Source: an uncultured archaeon
GTDB lineage: Archaea > Asgardarchaeota > Jordiarchaeia > Jordiarchaeales > Jordiarchaeaceae
DNA: 10,929 nucleotides
Direction: 5' to 3'
NCBI GenBank assembly: GCA_964510585.1
Contig: CAZECW010000055.1
Location: 1-10,929, forward strand
This document shows, piece by piece, positions 1 through 7,269 of this stretch (position 1 is its first letter; every line of letters starts with the position of its first letter). Below the pieces are notes generated by a model, which was not told where the DNA came from, searched no databases, and worked only from the letters and a program-made list of their open reading frames with translations. Both the position numbers and the translations under genes were made by a program.

Positions 1-74
1 GGTGTGGATGCTTTTCTAACCCTTCTCTCAGGAGGTTTGTAGTCAACCTCGATGAGCACACATCTATTTTTCAA
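1..74 (-). CDS. Probable 5' end of a gene truncated by the window edge (MKNRCVLIEVDYKPPERRVRKAST...), product unknown
   Basis: Frame open from TTG at 74 to the edge. GGTGA SD-like motif at 82-78 and a TATA-like TTATAA at 106-101 on the minus strand. Only 24 codons are visible. Confidence 0.35.
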   Translation of the reverse strand, partial: MKNRCVLIEVDYKPPERRVRKAST

Positions 75-98
75 AATTCACCAGTTTTAATGTTAAGC

Positions 99-111
99 AA
101 TTATAACCTTT
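99..111 (-). promoter_or_regulatory. Putative archaeal BRE/TATA promoter for the leftward gene
   Basis: Minus strand reads AAAGG-TTATAATT, about 25-30 nt upstream of the candidate TTG at 74. Confidence 0.45.
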
Positions 112-158
112 AAGCTATCACGCTAAGCCCGAAAATGTCCATAAACGCTTGTCTTTCG

Positions 159-173
159 CGAAAGGTTTAAATT
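159..173 (+). promoter_or_regulatory. Putative archaeal BRE/TATA promoter (CGAAAGG-TTTAAATT)
   Basis: Purine-rich BRE-like CGAAAG directly followed by TTTAAA, matching the archaeal consensus and pointing toward the glycosyltransferase unit. Confidence 0.5.
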
Positions 174-434
174 GTTCATCAATTCTTTTGTCAATCTACA
201 AATCTACACTCTTTGAAACGGAGTAAGCTCCTCTTTTAATCTCTCTGTCAGACGAAGGTGTAATAGGAACAAAAAACATTTTAATAACTCTAAAAAAACA
301 ATAGTTCCAGCTTCCAATAAAAACAAGAATCGGCGATTCCAATTAAGAACTTCAAGTTGACTGAAGGATTCAAGTAAGACGCTTAACTAAATTAAGAAAG
401 CCCGTCATCACCTATTTGGGACGAGGAGAAATAA

Positions 435-1724
435 ATGTCTAATGAATTAAGCTCCCGGAGTGGTGGCATTCGCAAAATTTGTCTTGCCAGTCATTCTTTT
501 TATCCATATGTTGGGGGCGTTTCCTACTATCTTTATTATCTTTCTCAGGAATTTTTGAGGAGAAAATTTGAGGTTTACGAAGTGCACTTGGGTAAACCTT
601 CTGCGTCCTCTGTTGAAGAAGTTGAGGGTGTGAAGGTGTACCGAGTGGGTTTAGGTGATAAAAAGGAGAGTTGGAATCGTTACTCCCTATTTAAGGAGAG
701 ACTTTATGAACAAATCCACGGATTAAGAGTTGAGGGGGAATGGAGTAGAGAGGGCTACAAAGAGTTTGTAAAATTCAACAAAGTTATAGCTTCAAAAATT
801 AATCAAATCTGTTCTAGTAAAAAAATTGATGTGGTTAATCCTCATGATTGGCAGCTGCACCTAACACCTGATTACCTTGATTTTTCTGTTCCCGTAGTTT
901 ATACCTGGCATGTTCCATTCACCAGTAATATGGGAGAGAAGTTAGGGAGGCAGGCAACAGCTAAACTGAAAAAGTGTGACAAAGTTATTTTCTCAACTCA
1001 GGATTATCTAAATTATGCAAAGCTTTTAGGTGTACCTGAAGAAAAACTGGTTTGCATTCACCCATTTATTGAACCAAGTAGATTTTATTTAGACGAGAAG
1101 GAAGGTTACAAGTTCAAAAAGGAGAAGGGAATTCCCTTAGACTCAGAAATAGTATTGTGTGTTGCAAGAATAGATCCAGTAAAAAGCCATGAAGAGCTTC
1201 TAGAAGCATTCTCCCTAATTAAAAAGCAGCATAGAAATGCTAAACTGGTTCTTGTGGGTAACGGCTCGTTAAGCGACAATGTTCTAGAAATTAGGGGACA
1301 AAGAAGAGCAAGTATTCAGAAACTAGTGGAAAAATTAGATTTGGGACGTGATACAATTTTTATGGGGCATGTCCCCCACAAGGACATACCCAAAGTCTAC
1401 AAAATGGCAGATGTGGTTGTTCTTCCCTCAAAGATGGAGGGGTTTGGTCTATCCATAACTGAAGCTATGGCTTCAGAAAGGCCAGTTGTCGCTTATAATG
1501 TGGGGGGAGTGGGCGTGCAGATTGAAAATGGTCGTAGTGGATTTCTTGTGGAAAAGGGAAACATTAACGAACTGGCGGAAAAAACTTCTGAACTACTCTC
1601 GGATAAAGAGCTCAAGAGGAAAATGGGAGAGAGAGCTAGGCAAATCGTTGAGGAAAAGTTTAATGTGAGAAAGGCTGTGGATAAGTATCTTAACGTATAC
1701 CAAGAAGCTATTGATGGGAGGTAA
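435..1724 (+). CDS. GT4-family (GT-B fold) glycosyltransferase with trehalose-synthase-like motifs
   Basis: 429 aa. N-terminal GG loop (YVGGV), HDWQ and WHVPF motifs, VARIDPVK, EGFGLSITE (EX7E), GGVGVQI..G.SGFLV. SD GAGGAG at 423-428. Confidence 0.9.
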   Translation: MSNELSSRSGGIRKICLASHSFYPYVGGVSYYLYYLSQEFLRRKFEVYEVHLGKPSASSVEEVEGVKVYRVGLGDKKESWNRYSLFKERLYEQIHGLRVEGEWSREGYKEFVKFNKVIASKINQICSSKKIDVVNPHDWQLHLTPDYLDFSVPVVYTWHVPFTSNMGEKLGRQATAKLKKCDKVIFSTQDYLNYAKLLGVPEEKLVCIHPFIEPSRFYLDEKEGYKFKKEKGIPLDSEIVLCVARIDPVKSHEELLEAFSLIKKQHRNAKLVLVGNGSLSDNVLEIRGQRRASIQKLVEKLDLGRDTIFMGHVPHKDIPKVYKMADVVVLPSKMEGFGLSITEAMASERPVVAYNVGGVGVQIENGRSGFLVEKGNINELAEKTSELLSDKELKRKMGERARQIVEEKFNVRKAVDKYLNVYQEAIDGR

Positions 1725-1728
1725 ACTG

Positions 1729-2970
1729 ATGAGAATATGCCTGCTAAGCTACAGAGGAAACATGTACTGCGGCGGTCAAGGAGTTTATCTCTACAACCTC
1801 TCAAAAGCACTAGCGGAACTGGGAAACGAAGTTCATGTAATCGTGGGGCCTCCCTATCCTTATAAAATGAAGTGGGCTACAGTACACAAAATTAAAACTC
1901 CTAGATTTAACGAGCTAAATGGTGACAGAGTTACCTCAGAAAACTTATCCCTTTTGACCTTCTACGAATATATGGCTGCAAAATTTGGAAATTTTCCTGA
2001 GATAATGAGCTTCAGCATTCGAGCTTTCTTCAAGATAAAAGAATTAATTAAAGATTACCAGTTCGACATTATTCATGATAATCAATGTTTAGGCTACGGA
2101 CTCCTACTAATGAAAGCTTTACATATTCCCTTAGTAGCTACGATACATCACCCTCTGCCAATCGATAGACAAATTGCAATGTATCTTTCTGAGGATGCCA
2201 AAACAAAGTTAAAACAGATACTATTCTACCCACAATTTATGCAGAAAATAGTGGCAAAGAGGATTAACAAAATAATAACGGTTTCAGAATTTTCGGCAAG
2301 AGAGATAGTTAAACACTTCAAAATACCCCGAGAAAGAATAAGTATAGTCCATAATGGCGTGGACACCGAATTATTCCACATAAGAGAAAAACCCAAGAAA
2401 GAGCTTGATGACGCATATGATGTAACCTTTGTTGGCAACTGTGAGAATCGGGTTAAGGGGCTACCTCTCCTTCTCAAAACTTTGAGATATCTCAAAGATA
2501 ATTTGAGAATGAATGTTAAGTTAACAATAGTTGATAAGTGGAAGGAGGAGGGTATTGCCCCGCCCCTCATAAAAAGATACGGCCTGGAAAACGACATAGT
2601 ATTCACAGGCCCTCTAACCTTTGAAGAACTGTCGAAACGCTACGCAACAACGGACCTAATAATAATTCCCTCACTTTTTGAAGGATTCTGCTTCCCAGCA
2701 GTCGAAGCCATGGCCTGCGGAACCCCTGTTGTAGCCTTTAAGGTAGGCGCCCTCCCACAAGTTGTAGATGATGGGAAGACGGGAATACTGGCAGAGCCTG
2801 GAGATTGGAGAGCCCTGGCAAAGGCAGCTGCAAAAATTTTGAGGGACAAAGAATTAAGGGAAAGCATGGGAAAAAGAGGCAGAGAAAGGGCGGAAAAGCT
2901 TTTCACTTGGAGAAAAGCTGCAGAACAAGTATTAAAAATTTACAGGGAGACCATAGATGCTTACCGTTAA
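1729..2970 (+). CDS. GT4-family glycosyltransferase
   Basis: 413 aa from ATG 1729, with GGAGGT at 1717-1722 (the ORF track's start at 1711 is less likely). MRICLLSYRG..CGGQGVY, IHDNQ, TIHHP, HNGVD, VKG, EGFCFPAVE (EX7E), AMACGTPVV. Confidence 0.92.
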   Translation: MRICLLSYRGNMYCGGQGVYLYNLSKALAELGNEVHVIVGPPYPYKMKWATVHKIKTPRFNELNGDRVTSENLSLLTFYEYMAAKFGNFPEIMSFSIRAFFKIKELIKDYQFDIIHDNQCLGYGLLLMKALHIPLVATIHHPLPIDRQIAMYLSEDAKTKLKQILFYPQFMQKIVAKRINKIITVSEFSAREIVKHFKIPRERISIVHNGVDTELFHIREKPKKELDDAYDVTFVGNCENRVKGLPLLLKTLRYLKDNLRMNVKLTIVDKWKEEGIAPPLIKRYGLENDIVFTGPLTFEELSKRYATTDLIIIPSLFEGFCFPAVEAMACGTPVVAFKVGALPQVVDDGKTGILAEPGDWRALAKAAAKILRDKELRESMGKRGRERAEKLFTWRKAAEQVLKIYRETIDAYR

Positions 2971-3661
2971 ATTAAACCTTTTGCAAATTTTGGAAAATGA
3001 CCTAGTTCTAGACGCTGGGTGTGGCTCCGGTCGACACACTATGGAAGGAAGCAAGTGGTATGATTCCAAATTTGTAGCTGTTGATAGTTCACTAAGTGAG
3101 CTAAAGAGACTGAAATATGTCCTTGAACTTATGGCGCAAAAGGGCGAATTAAAGGGAAACGTGGTTCTAATTGTCGGAGATGTTCTTCAGCTACCCTTTA
3201 AAGACGAGTCTTTTTCAAAAATAATTTGCACCGAAGTCTTAGAACACTTATATAAAGATGTGAAGGGGATGAGGGAACTAGTGAGAGTTCTAAAAAACCA
3301 TGAGGAAATGGCGGTCAGTGTACCAACGCCCTACACAGAGAGGTTGTTCGGCAAAATTTCATATGAATACTTCAGAACTCCTGGAGGCCATGTGAGAATT
3401 TATACGAAAAAGGAGTTGCTACAAAAACTGCAAAAAAGTGGTTTGAAAATATTATACGTGTGCCGTGAACACGCCTTCCACTCCGTCTTTTGGATGTTAA
3501 AATGCCTATCCGGCCTAAAAAACCAGAAAGCTTTAATCCCCGCCTTCTGGGAAAAAATACTAGTCTTCTCGCTTCGTATCCAATTACTCAAAAAAATTGA
3601 GAATTTCTGGAATAATCTCTGGCCAAAAAGTATAGTAGTATACACAAGAAAAGAAGTATAA
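2957..3661 (+). CDS. Class I SAM-dependent methyltransferase
   Basis: 234 aa. Motif I VLDAGCGSG, acidic residue in VAVD, GDVLQLPF, TEVLEH, RVLK. Overlaps the upstream GT by 14 nt. SD GGGAG at 2945-2949. Confidence 0.92.
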   Translation: MLTVKLNLLQILENDLVLDAGCGSGRHTMEGSKWYDSKFVAVDSSLSELKRLKYVLELMAQKGELKGNVVLIVGDVLQLPFKDESFSKIICTEVLEHLYKDVKGMRELVRVLKNHEEMAVSVPTPYTERLFGKISYEYFRTPGGHVRIYTKKELLQKLQKSGLKILYVCREHAFHSVFWMLKCLSGLKNQKALIPAFWEKILVFSLRIQLLKKIENFWNNLWPKSIVVYTRKEV

Positions 3662-3883
3662 TCAGATTCCATTGGAATCACAACATGCCGACGTGCAAAT
3701 CACCTGTGTTTGAGGAGAGGCCTATTCGGGAATTTCTCTCACTTCTAATCTATTTGGCGTTAAAGCTTATCAATAATTATTTCCGAAACTGCAAATTTGA
3801 AAAATCATAAGTTAAAACTAGTTAGTGGATGTGAGTTTGAGTAAACTTATGATGATTGCTTTTTAGGAGATGATGAAACCGGA

Positions 3884-4639
3884 ATGGAATACTCAAGAAA
3901 TAAAAAAATGGATGACAAAAATTTTTGGAAGGTTTGGTTTAGGGCTGTGCACAAAAGCTACACGCCGCATAGCCATATTGTGCAACAAATTCTTAGTCAA
4001 CTTAACTATAATGTGGCTGGGCTGAGAATTTTGGAGGTTGGCGCGGGGTCTGGTAGAGATAGCTGGCTTCTGTCAAAATATGGGGCGCAATCCTACGCTT
4101 TAGATTATGCAACGGCCAAAATGATTAGGAAAAAGTTCTACTCTAATTATCTGCCGCTAATCTGCATTCAGGCTGATGGAGAGAGTCTTCCCTTCAAAGA
4201 TGACTCCTTTGATCTTGTGTTTTCTCAAGGCTTGATTGAGCATTTTCGGGAGCCTGAAAAACTAATTAAGGAGCAAATTCGTGTACTGAAAAAACAGGGA
4301 TATCTGGTAATTGATGCTCCTCAAACTTATTCACTGTATAACGTCTATAAAACTGTCCTGCTTTATTTTGATAATTGGCCGATGGTTTGGGAGAGGAGCT
4401 ACTCTGTTCAGGACATGAAAAAAATTGGTAAGAAATACTCTCTTAAATTGGTGAAGCTTTCGGGATGGGATGTCTGGCCTCTATTTATCCGGAACCTGCA
4501 CAAAATGAAGATTAGGAAAAGAAGCCTTCTCCCCAGAAAAATTGGACAGTTTGTGGAAACTCAATGGAGAAAGTTTGAAGACTCGAAACCCGCAGCTTAC
4601 ACTGCGATGAATATAACAGCTATATTCCAAAAAGTATAA
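3884..4639 (+). CDS. Class I SAM-dependent methyltransferase (Methyltransf_11-like)
   Basis: 251 aa. ILEVGAGSG, ALD, ADGESLPF, FDLVFSQGLIEHF, RVLKKQG. Start could instead be ATG 3908. Confidence 0.9.
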   Translation: MEYSRNKKMDDKNFWKVWFRAVHKSYTPHSHIVQQILSQLNYNVAGLRILEVGAGSGRDSWLLSKYGAQSYALDYATAKMIRKKFYSNYLPLICIQADGESLPFKDDSFDLVFSQGLIEHFREPEKLIKEQIRVLKKQGYLVIDAPQTYSLYNVYKTVLLYFDNWPMVWERSYSVQDMKKIGKKYSLKLVKLSGWDVWPLFIRNLHKMKIRKRSLLPRKIGQFVETQWRKFEDSKPAAYTAMNITAIFQKV

Positions 4640-4655
4640 TTAGAAGCTACGATAC

Positions 4656-4663
4656 TTTAAATA
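4656..4663 (+). promoter_or_regulatory. TATA-like element (TTTAAATA) upstream of the aminotransferase
   Basis: Lies in the 70-nt gap, about 45 nt before the likely start. The BRE match is poor. Confidence 0.3.
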
Positions 4664-4709
4664 TCTGTCATTTTTTATTGGGTTAATAGTTTGTTTTGGG
4701 GTGTGCAAA

Positions 4710-5810
4710 TTGGGTGATATTAAAAAATTTTTCAAGAATTATATTGATGCGGCAGATGTTTATAGCCCTGGAGGAATTTTAAGGGTTCTTTACCAGCAGC
4801 GTCAAGACTGGATAAGAATGATGTCTAATGAAAGCCCTTTTGAGCCTTCTCCTAGGGTGGTAGAGGCGGTTGAAGAGGCTGTTCACAAAGCAGGTTGGTA
4901 CTATGATTCAGATTTTATAGACCTCAGAGAAGCTTTAGCAAATTATACAGGGTTTGATAAAGAGAGAATTTTGGTTGGAAATGGCAGTACGGAGATTCTA
5001 GACATGATTTTTAGGGGGTTCATTAATCCGGGCGATGAGGTGATTCTTTCAGATCCCACCTACCCACTTTACCCCATAAGGATACAGGTTGCAGGGGGCA
5101 AAATTGTTGGAGTTCCCAAAACTCTTCCAAACTATTATTGGAATGTTAAGGGAATAATTAAAGCCATAACGCCGAGAACCAAACTTGTCATTATAGATAG
5201 TCCCTGCAATCCTGTAGGCAACACGATAGCTGAGAAAGATATAAGGGAGATCCTGGGGCAAGATGTTCTCGTGGTTCTAGATGAGGCTTACGGTGAATTC
5301 GCGGATAAACAATTGACTCATCTTGCCAGAGAATATGAGAACTTGATAATTACCAGAACTCTCTCTAAGGCATTCGGTCTTGCAGCTCTGAGAATTGGCT
5401 ACACAATTGCAACGCCGGAAATAATAAATTATTTAACAAAAATAAAAATTCCATTTAATGTAAATTACATCGCAGTTCAGGCAGCCATAGCCGCATTAAG
5501 CGATAAAGAGTATCTCAAAAAAGTGAGAAATGAAATAGTGAAAGGCAGAGAATACCTTTACAAGGAAATCTCGGCAATCAATGGGTTAAAGGCGTTCCCA
5601 TCGCAGGCAAACTTCCTCCTAGTAAAAATTACGAAACCTAATGTCACGGGAACAGACCTAGAATGGAAGCTTGCGGACAAACAGGTACTGACAAGAAAAT
5701 ACTCTGGAAAAGCGGGTCTCGAAGGAGAATATGTGCGAATAACCGTGCGCAGTATGGAAGAAAATCGTAAATGTGTAGAAGCGCTCCGAGAAATAATGAG
5801 GGAACAGTAG
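4710..5810 (+). CDS. hisC: HisC-family (fold type I) PLP-dependent aminotransferase; histidinol-phosphate aminotransferase-like, substrate not established
   Basis: SNESPF, GNGSTE, PTY, SPCNPVG, DEAYGEF, RTLSKAFGLAALRIGY (PLP lysine), SQANF, VRITV. Start is TTG 4710 (after GGGGTG) or GTG 4701. The symbol marks the family, not a proven role in histidine synthesis. Confidence 0.8.
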   Translation: MGDIKKFFKNYIDAADVYSPGGILRVLYQQRQDWIRMMSNESPFEPSPRVVEAVEEAVHKAGWYYDSDFIDLREALANYTGFDKERILVGNGSTEILDMIFRGFINPGDEVILSDPTYPLYPIRIQVAGGKIVGVPKTLPNYYWNVKGIIKAITPRTKLVIIDSPCNPVGNTIAEKDIREILGQDVLVVLDEAYGEFADKQLTHLAREYENLIITRTLSKAFGLAALRIGYTIATPEIINYLTKIKIPFNVNYIAVQAAIAALSDKEYLKKVRNEIVKGREYLYKEISAINGLKAFPSQANFLLVKITKPNVTGTDLEWKLADKQVLTRKYSGKAGLEGEYVRITVRSMEENRKCVEALREIMREQ

Positions 5811-5826
5811 CTCACAAATCTACATA

Positions 5827-5856
5827 TTTTAAACCCAAAAAAGGGTTTCAAACCCC
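5827..5856. terminator. Possible terminator hairpin between convergent genes
   Basis: TTTTAAACCC-AAAAAA-GGGTTTCAAA (9 of 10 bp pair) in the 73-nt gap between two stop codons. The minus strand reads a T6 run. Confidence 0.35.
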
Positions 5857-5883
5857 TACTTTTCAATATTTCGAAGGAATGGA

Positions 5884-7269
5884 TTACCTTTTAGAGAATC
5901 GTTTCAGTATTTGCCCGTACTGTGCTAGATATGCCAAGGCCTTTGCTCCTCTTTCTGGAGTAGGATATACCGGTATTCCCCCCTTTTCCAGCTTGGCTGC
6001 ATCTTCTTTACATGTATTTTGGGGCCCGTTTAAAACTGCTACTATGGGCTTACCGTACTTCTTACTAAACTCCACTAGTTCCTCTGTAGGAAATCCCATC
6101 ATTGGAAAATATAATTGAAAGTATATGAGGGCATCAATGTTTTTGTCTTCGAGAGCCAATTTTGCAGCTTCCGCTCTGCCCCAAGGAAGGGGTGCAAAGG
6201 CCAAATCAACGGGATTAGTTCTAATAGTGTATGGGGGTAGGAGCTTTTCAAACTTTTTTTTGGTTTCATCTGTAAATGGGGGTACTGTTAGTCCGTTCAT
6301 AGCGCAAAAATCAATAAGTACCAGACCAGCTCCTGCCTGTTGGCTGAGGACAGCAACTCTGTTACCGGCAGGGACAGGTTGGAGCGCCAACGCTTTAGCT
6401 GCGTCTAAAAGCTCAATTGCGCTATCAACCTGGATGATGCCTGCCTGTTTAAACATAGCGCTATACAGTTTATAATCTCCAGCTAGAGTTCCGGTGTGTG
6501 AGTAGGCAGCCTTGTTTATATCCGTTTTTCCCACCTTATAAGCCACTATTGGTTTTTCTTTTACTACTCTTCGAGCTACTTCGAGAAAAGACCTTGGGTT
6601 GCTGAGTCCTTCTATATGTAGAGCTATTACATCAGTTTCGTCATCGTATAGCAGGTACTCTAAAATTTCTGGGAAGTCAACGTTAACTCGATTGCCTAAA
6701 CTAGCTATTTTACTTATACCGATGTTCTCATCTAGAGCCATATTTCCCAGTATCGATGATATCCCTCCACTCTGACAAAAAACCGCTATGTTCCCTTTCT
6801 TCAAGCATGCGAATAAGGGATTAAATGAGGCGTTTAAACCTCTGTGGATATTTGCGAAGCCAATTGTGTTAGGGCCGATTATCTTAATACCTGCTTCGTC
6901 TGCGATGGACTTTATCTCCCTCTGAAGTTTTTCTCCCTCTTCGCCAATCTCTTTGAAAAGGGCGGTGATTATGGAAGCCCCCTTCACTCCTTTCTTGGCA
7001 CACTCCCTCAGAATGCCGGGTACAAGTTTAGCTGGAACAACTATAACAGCTAAGTCAACATCTTCTGGAACATCGCTGATTGAGGGGTAAACCCTTCTTC
7101 CTTCCAGTTCCTTAAAGTGGGGATTAACCAGAAACACTTTCCCATTGTAATTTAACATGGAAAACATAGCATAGTAGCCGAGTTTTGTAAAATCGGAGGT
7201 TGCACCAATCACAGCTACTGAGTCAGCATAGAAAAGCTTCCTATACTCTTCAACGATTTTATTCTTCAT
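5884..7269 (-). CDS. acdA: NDP-forming acyl-CoA synthetase (acetate-CoA ligase [ADP-forming]-like), stand-alone alpha subunit
   Basis: CoA-binding Rossmann domain (SVAVIGAT, VNP, VDLAVIVVP), GPNT, QSG, SLGN, phospho-His motif SHTGTLAG, NPVDL, GIPVYPTPERGA. No ATP-grasp or GNAT domain. ATG 7269 preferred (GGAG 9 nt upstream); alternatives are 7278 and 7284. Confidence 0.88.
   Translation of the reverse strand: MKNKIVEEYRKLFYADSVAVIGATSDFTKLGYYAMFSMLNYNGKVFLVNPHFKELEGRRVYPSISDVPEDVDLAVIVVPAKLVPGILRECAKKGVKGASIITALFKEIGEEGEKLQREIKSIADEAGIKIIGPNTIGFANIHRGLNASFNPLFACLKKGNIAVFCQSGGISSILGNMALDENIGISKIASLGNRVNVDFPEILEYLLYDDETDVIALHIEGLSNPRSFLEVARRVVKEKPIVAYKVGKTDINKAAYSHTGTLAGDYKLYSAMFKQAGIIQVDSAIELLDAAKALALQPVPAGNRVAVLSQQAGAGLVLIDFCAMNGLTVPPFTDETKKKFEKLLPPYTIRTNPVDLAFAPLPWGRAEAAKLALEDKNIDALIYFQLYFPMMGFPTEELVEFSKKYGKPIVAVLNGPQNTCKEDAAKLEKGGIPVYPTPERGAKALAYLAQYGQILKRFSKR

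Noticed and set aside
193-208. Tandem AATCTACA x2 and a nearby TTGAAAC resembling a CRISPR repeat end
   Set aside because: Only two short units, no repeat-spacer periodicity and no cas genes. No CRISPR array in the window.
3685-3810. 41-codon ORF MPTCKSPVFEERPIREFLSLLIYLALKLINNYFRNCKFEKS between the two methyltransferases
   Set aside because: No SD and no recognisable motif; the length is compatible with chance. Only conservation or ribosome profiling could support it.
3849-3895. Two ATGATGA motifs 21 nt apart, suggesting a box C/D guide RNA
   Set aside because: No CTGA D or D' box at the expected positions (only GGAG and CTCA), and the region overlaps the methyltransferase start.
3870-4025. 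Out-of-frame ATGs right after AGGAG and an A7 run at 3902-3908, hinting at slippage or a frameshifted N-terminus of methyltransferase 2
   Set aside because: The SD-to-ATG spacing is too short, the main ORF is complete from 3884 or 3908, and the alternative peptide has no support.
5808-5810. TAG stop of the aminotransferase as a possible pyrrolysine read-through
   Set aside because: The family C-terminus is already complete, the downstream frame shows no homology signal, and no pyl genes are visible.
1486-6118. Alternative-frame and antisense ORFs at 1486-1668, 1493-1810, 2226-2606, 2640-2906, 3400-3681, 5049-5261, 5558-5866 and 5771-6118
   Set aside because: They overlap well-supported genes almost entirely, show no recognisable motifs, and are typical shadow ORFs.
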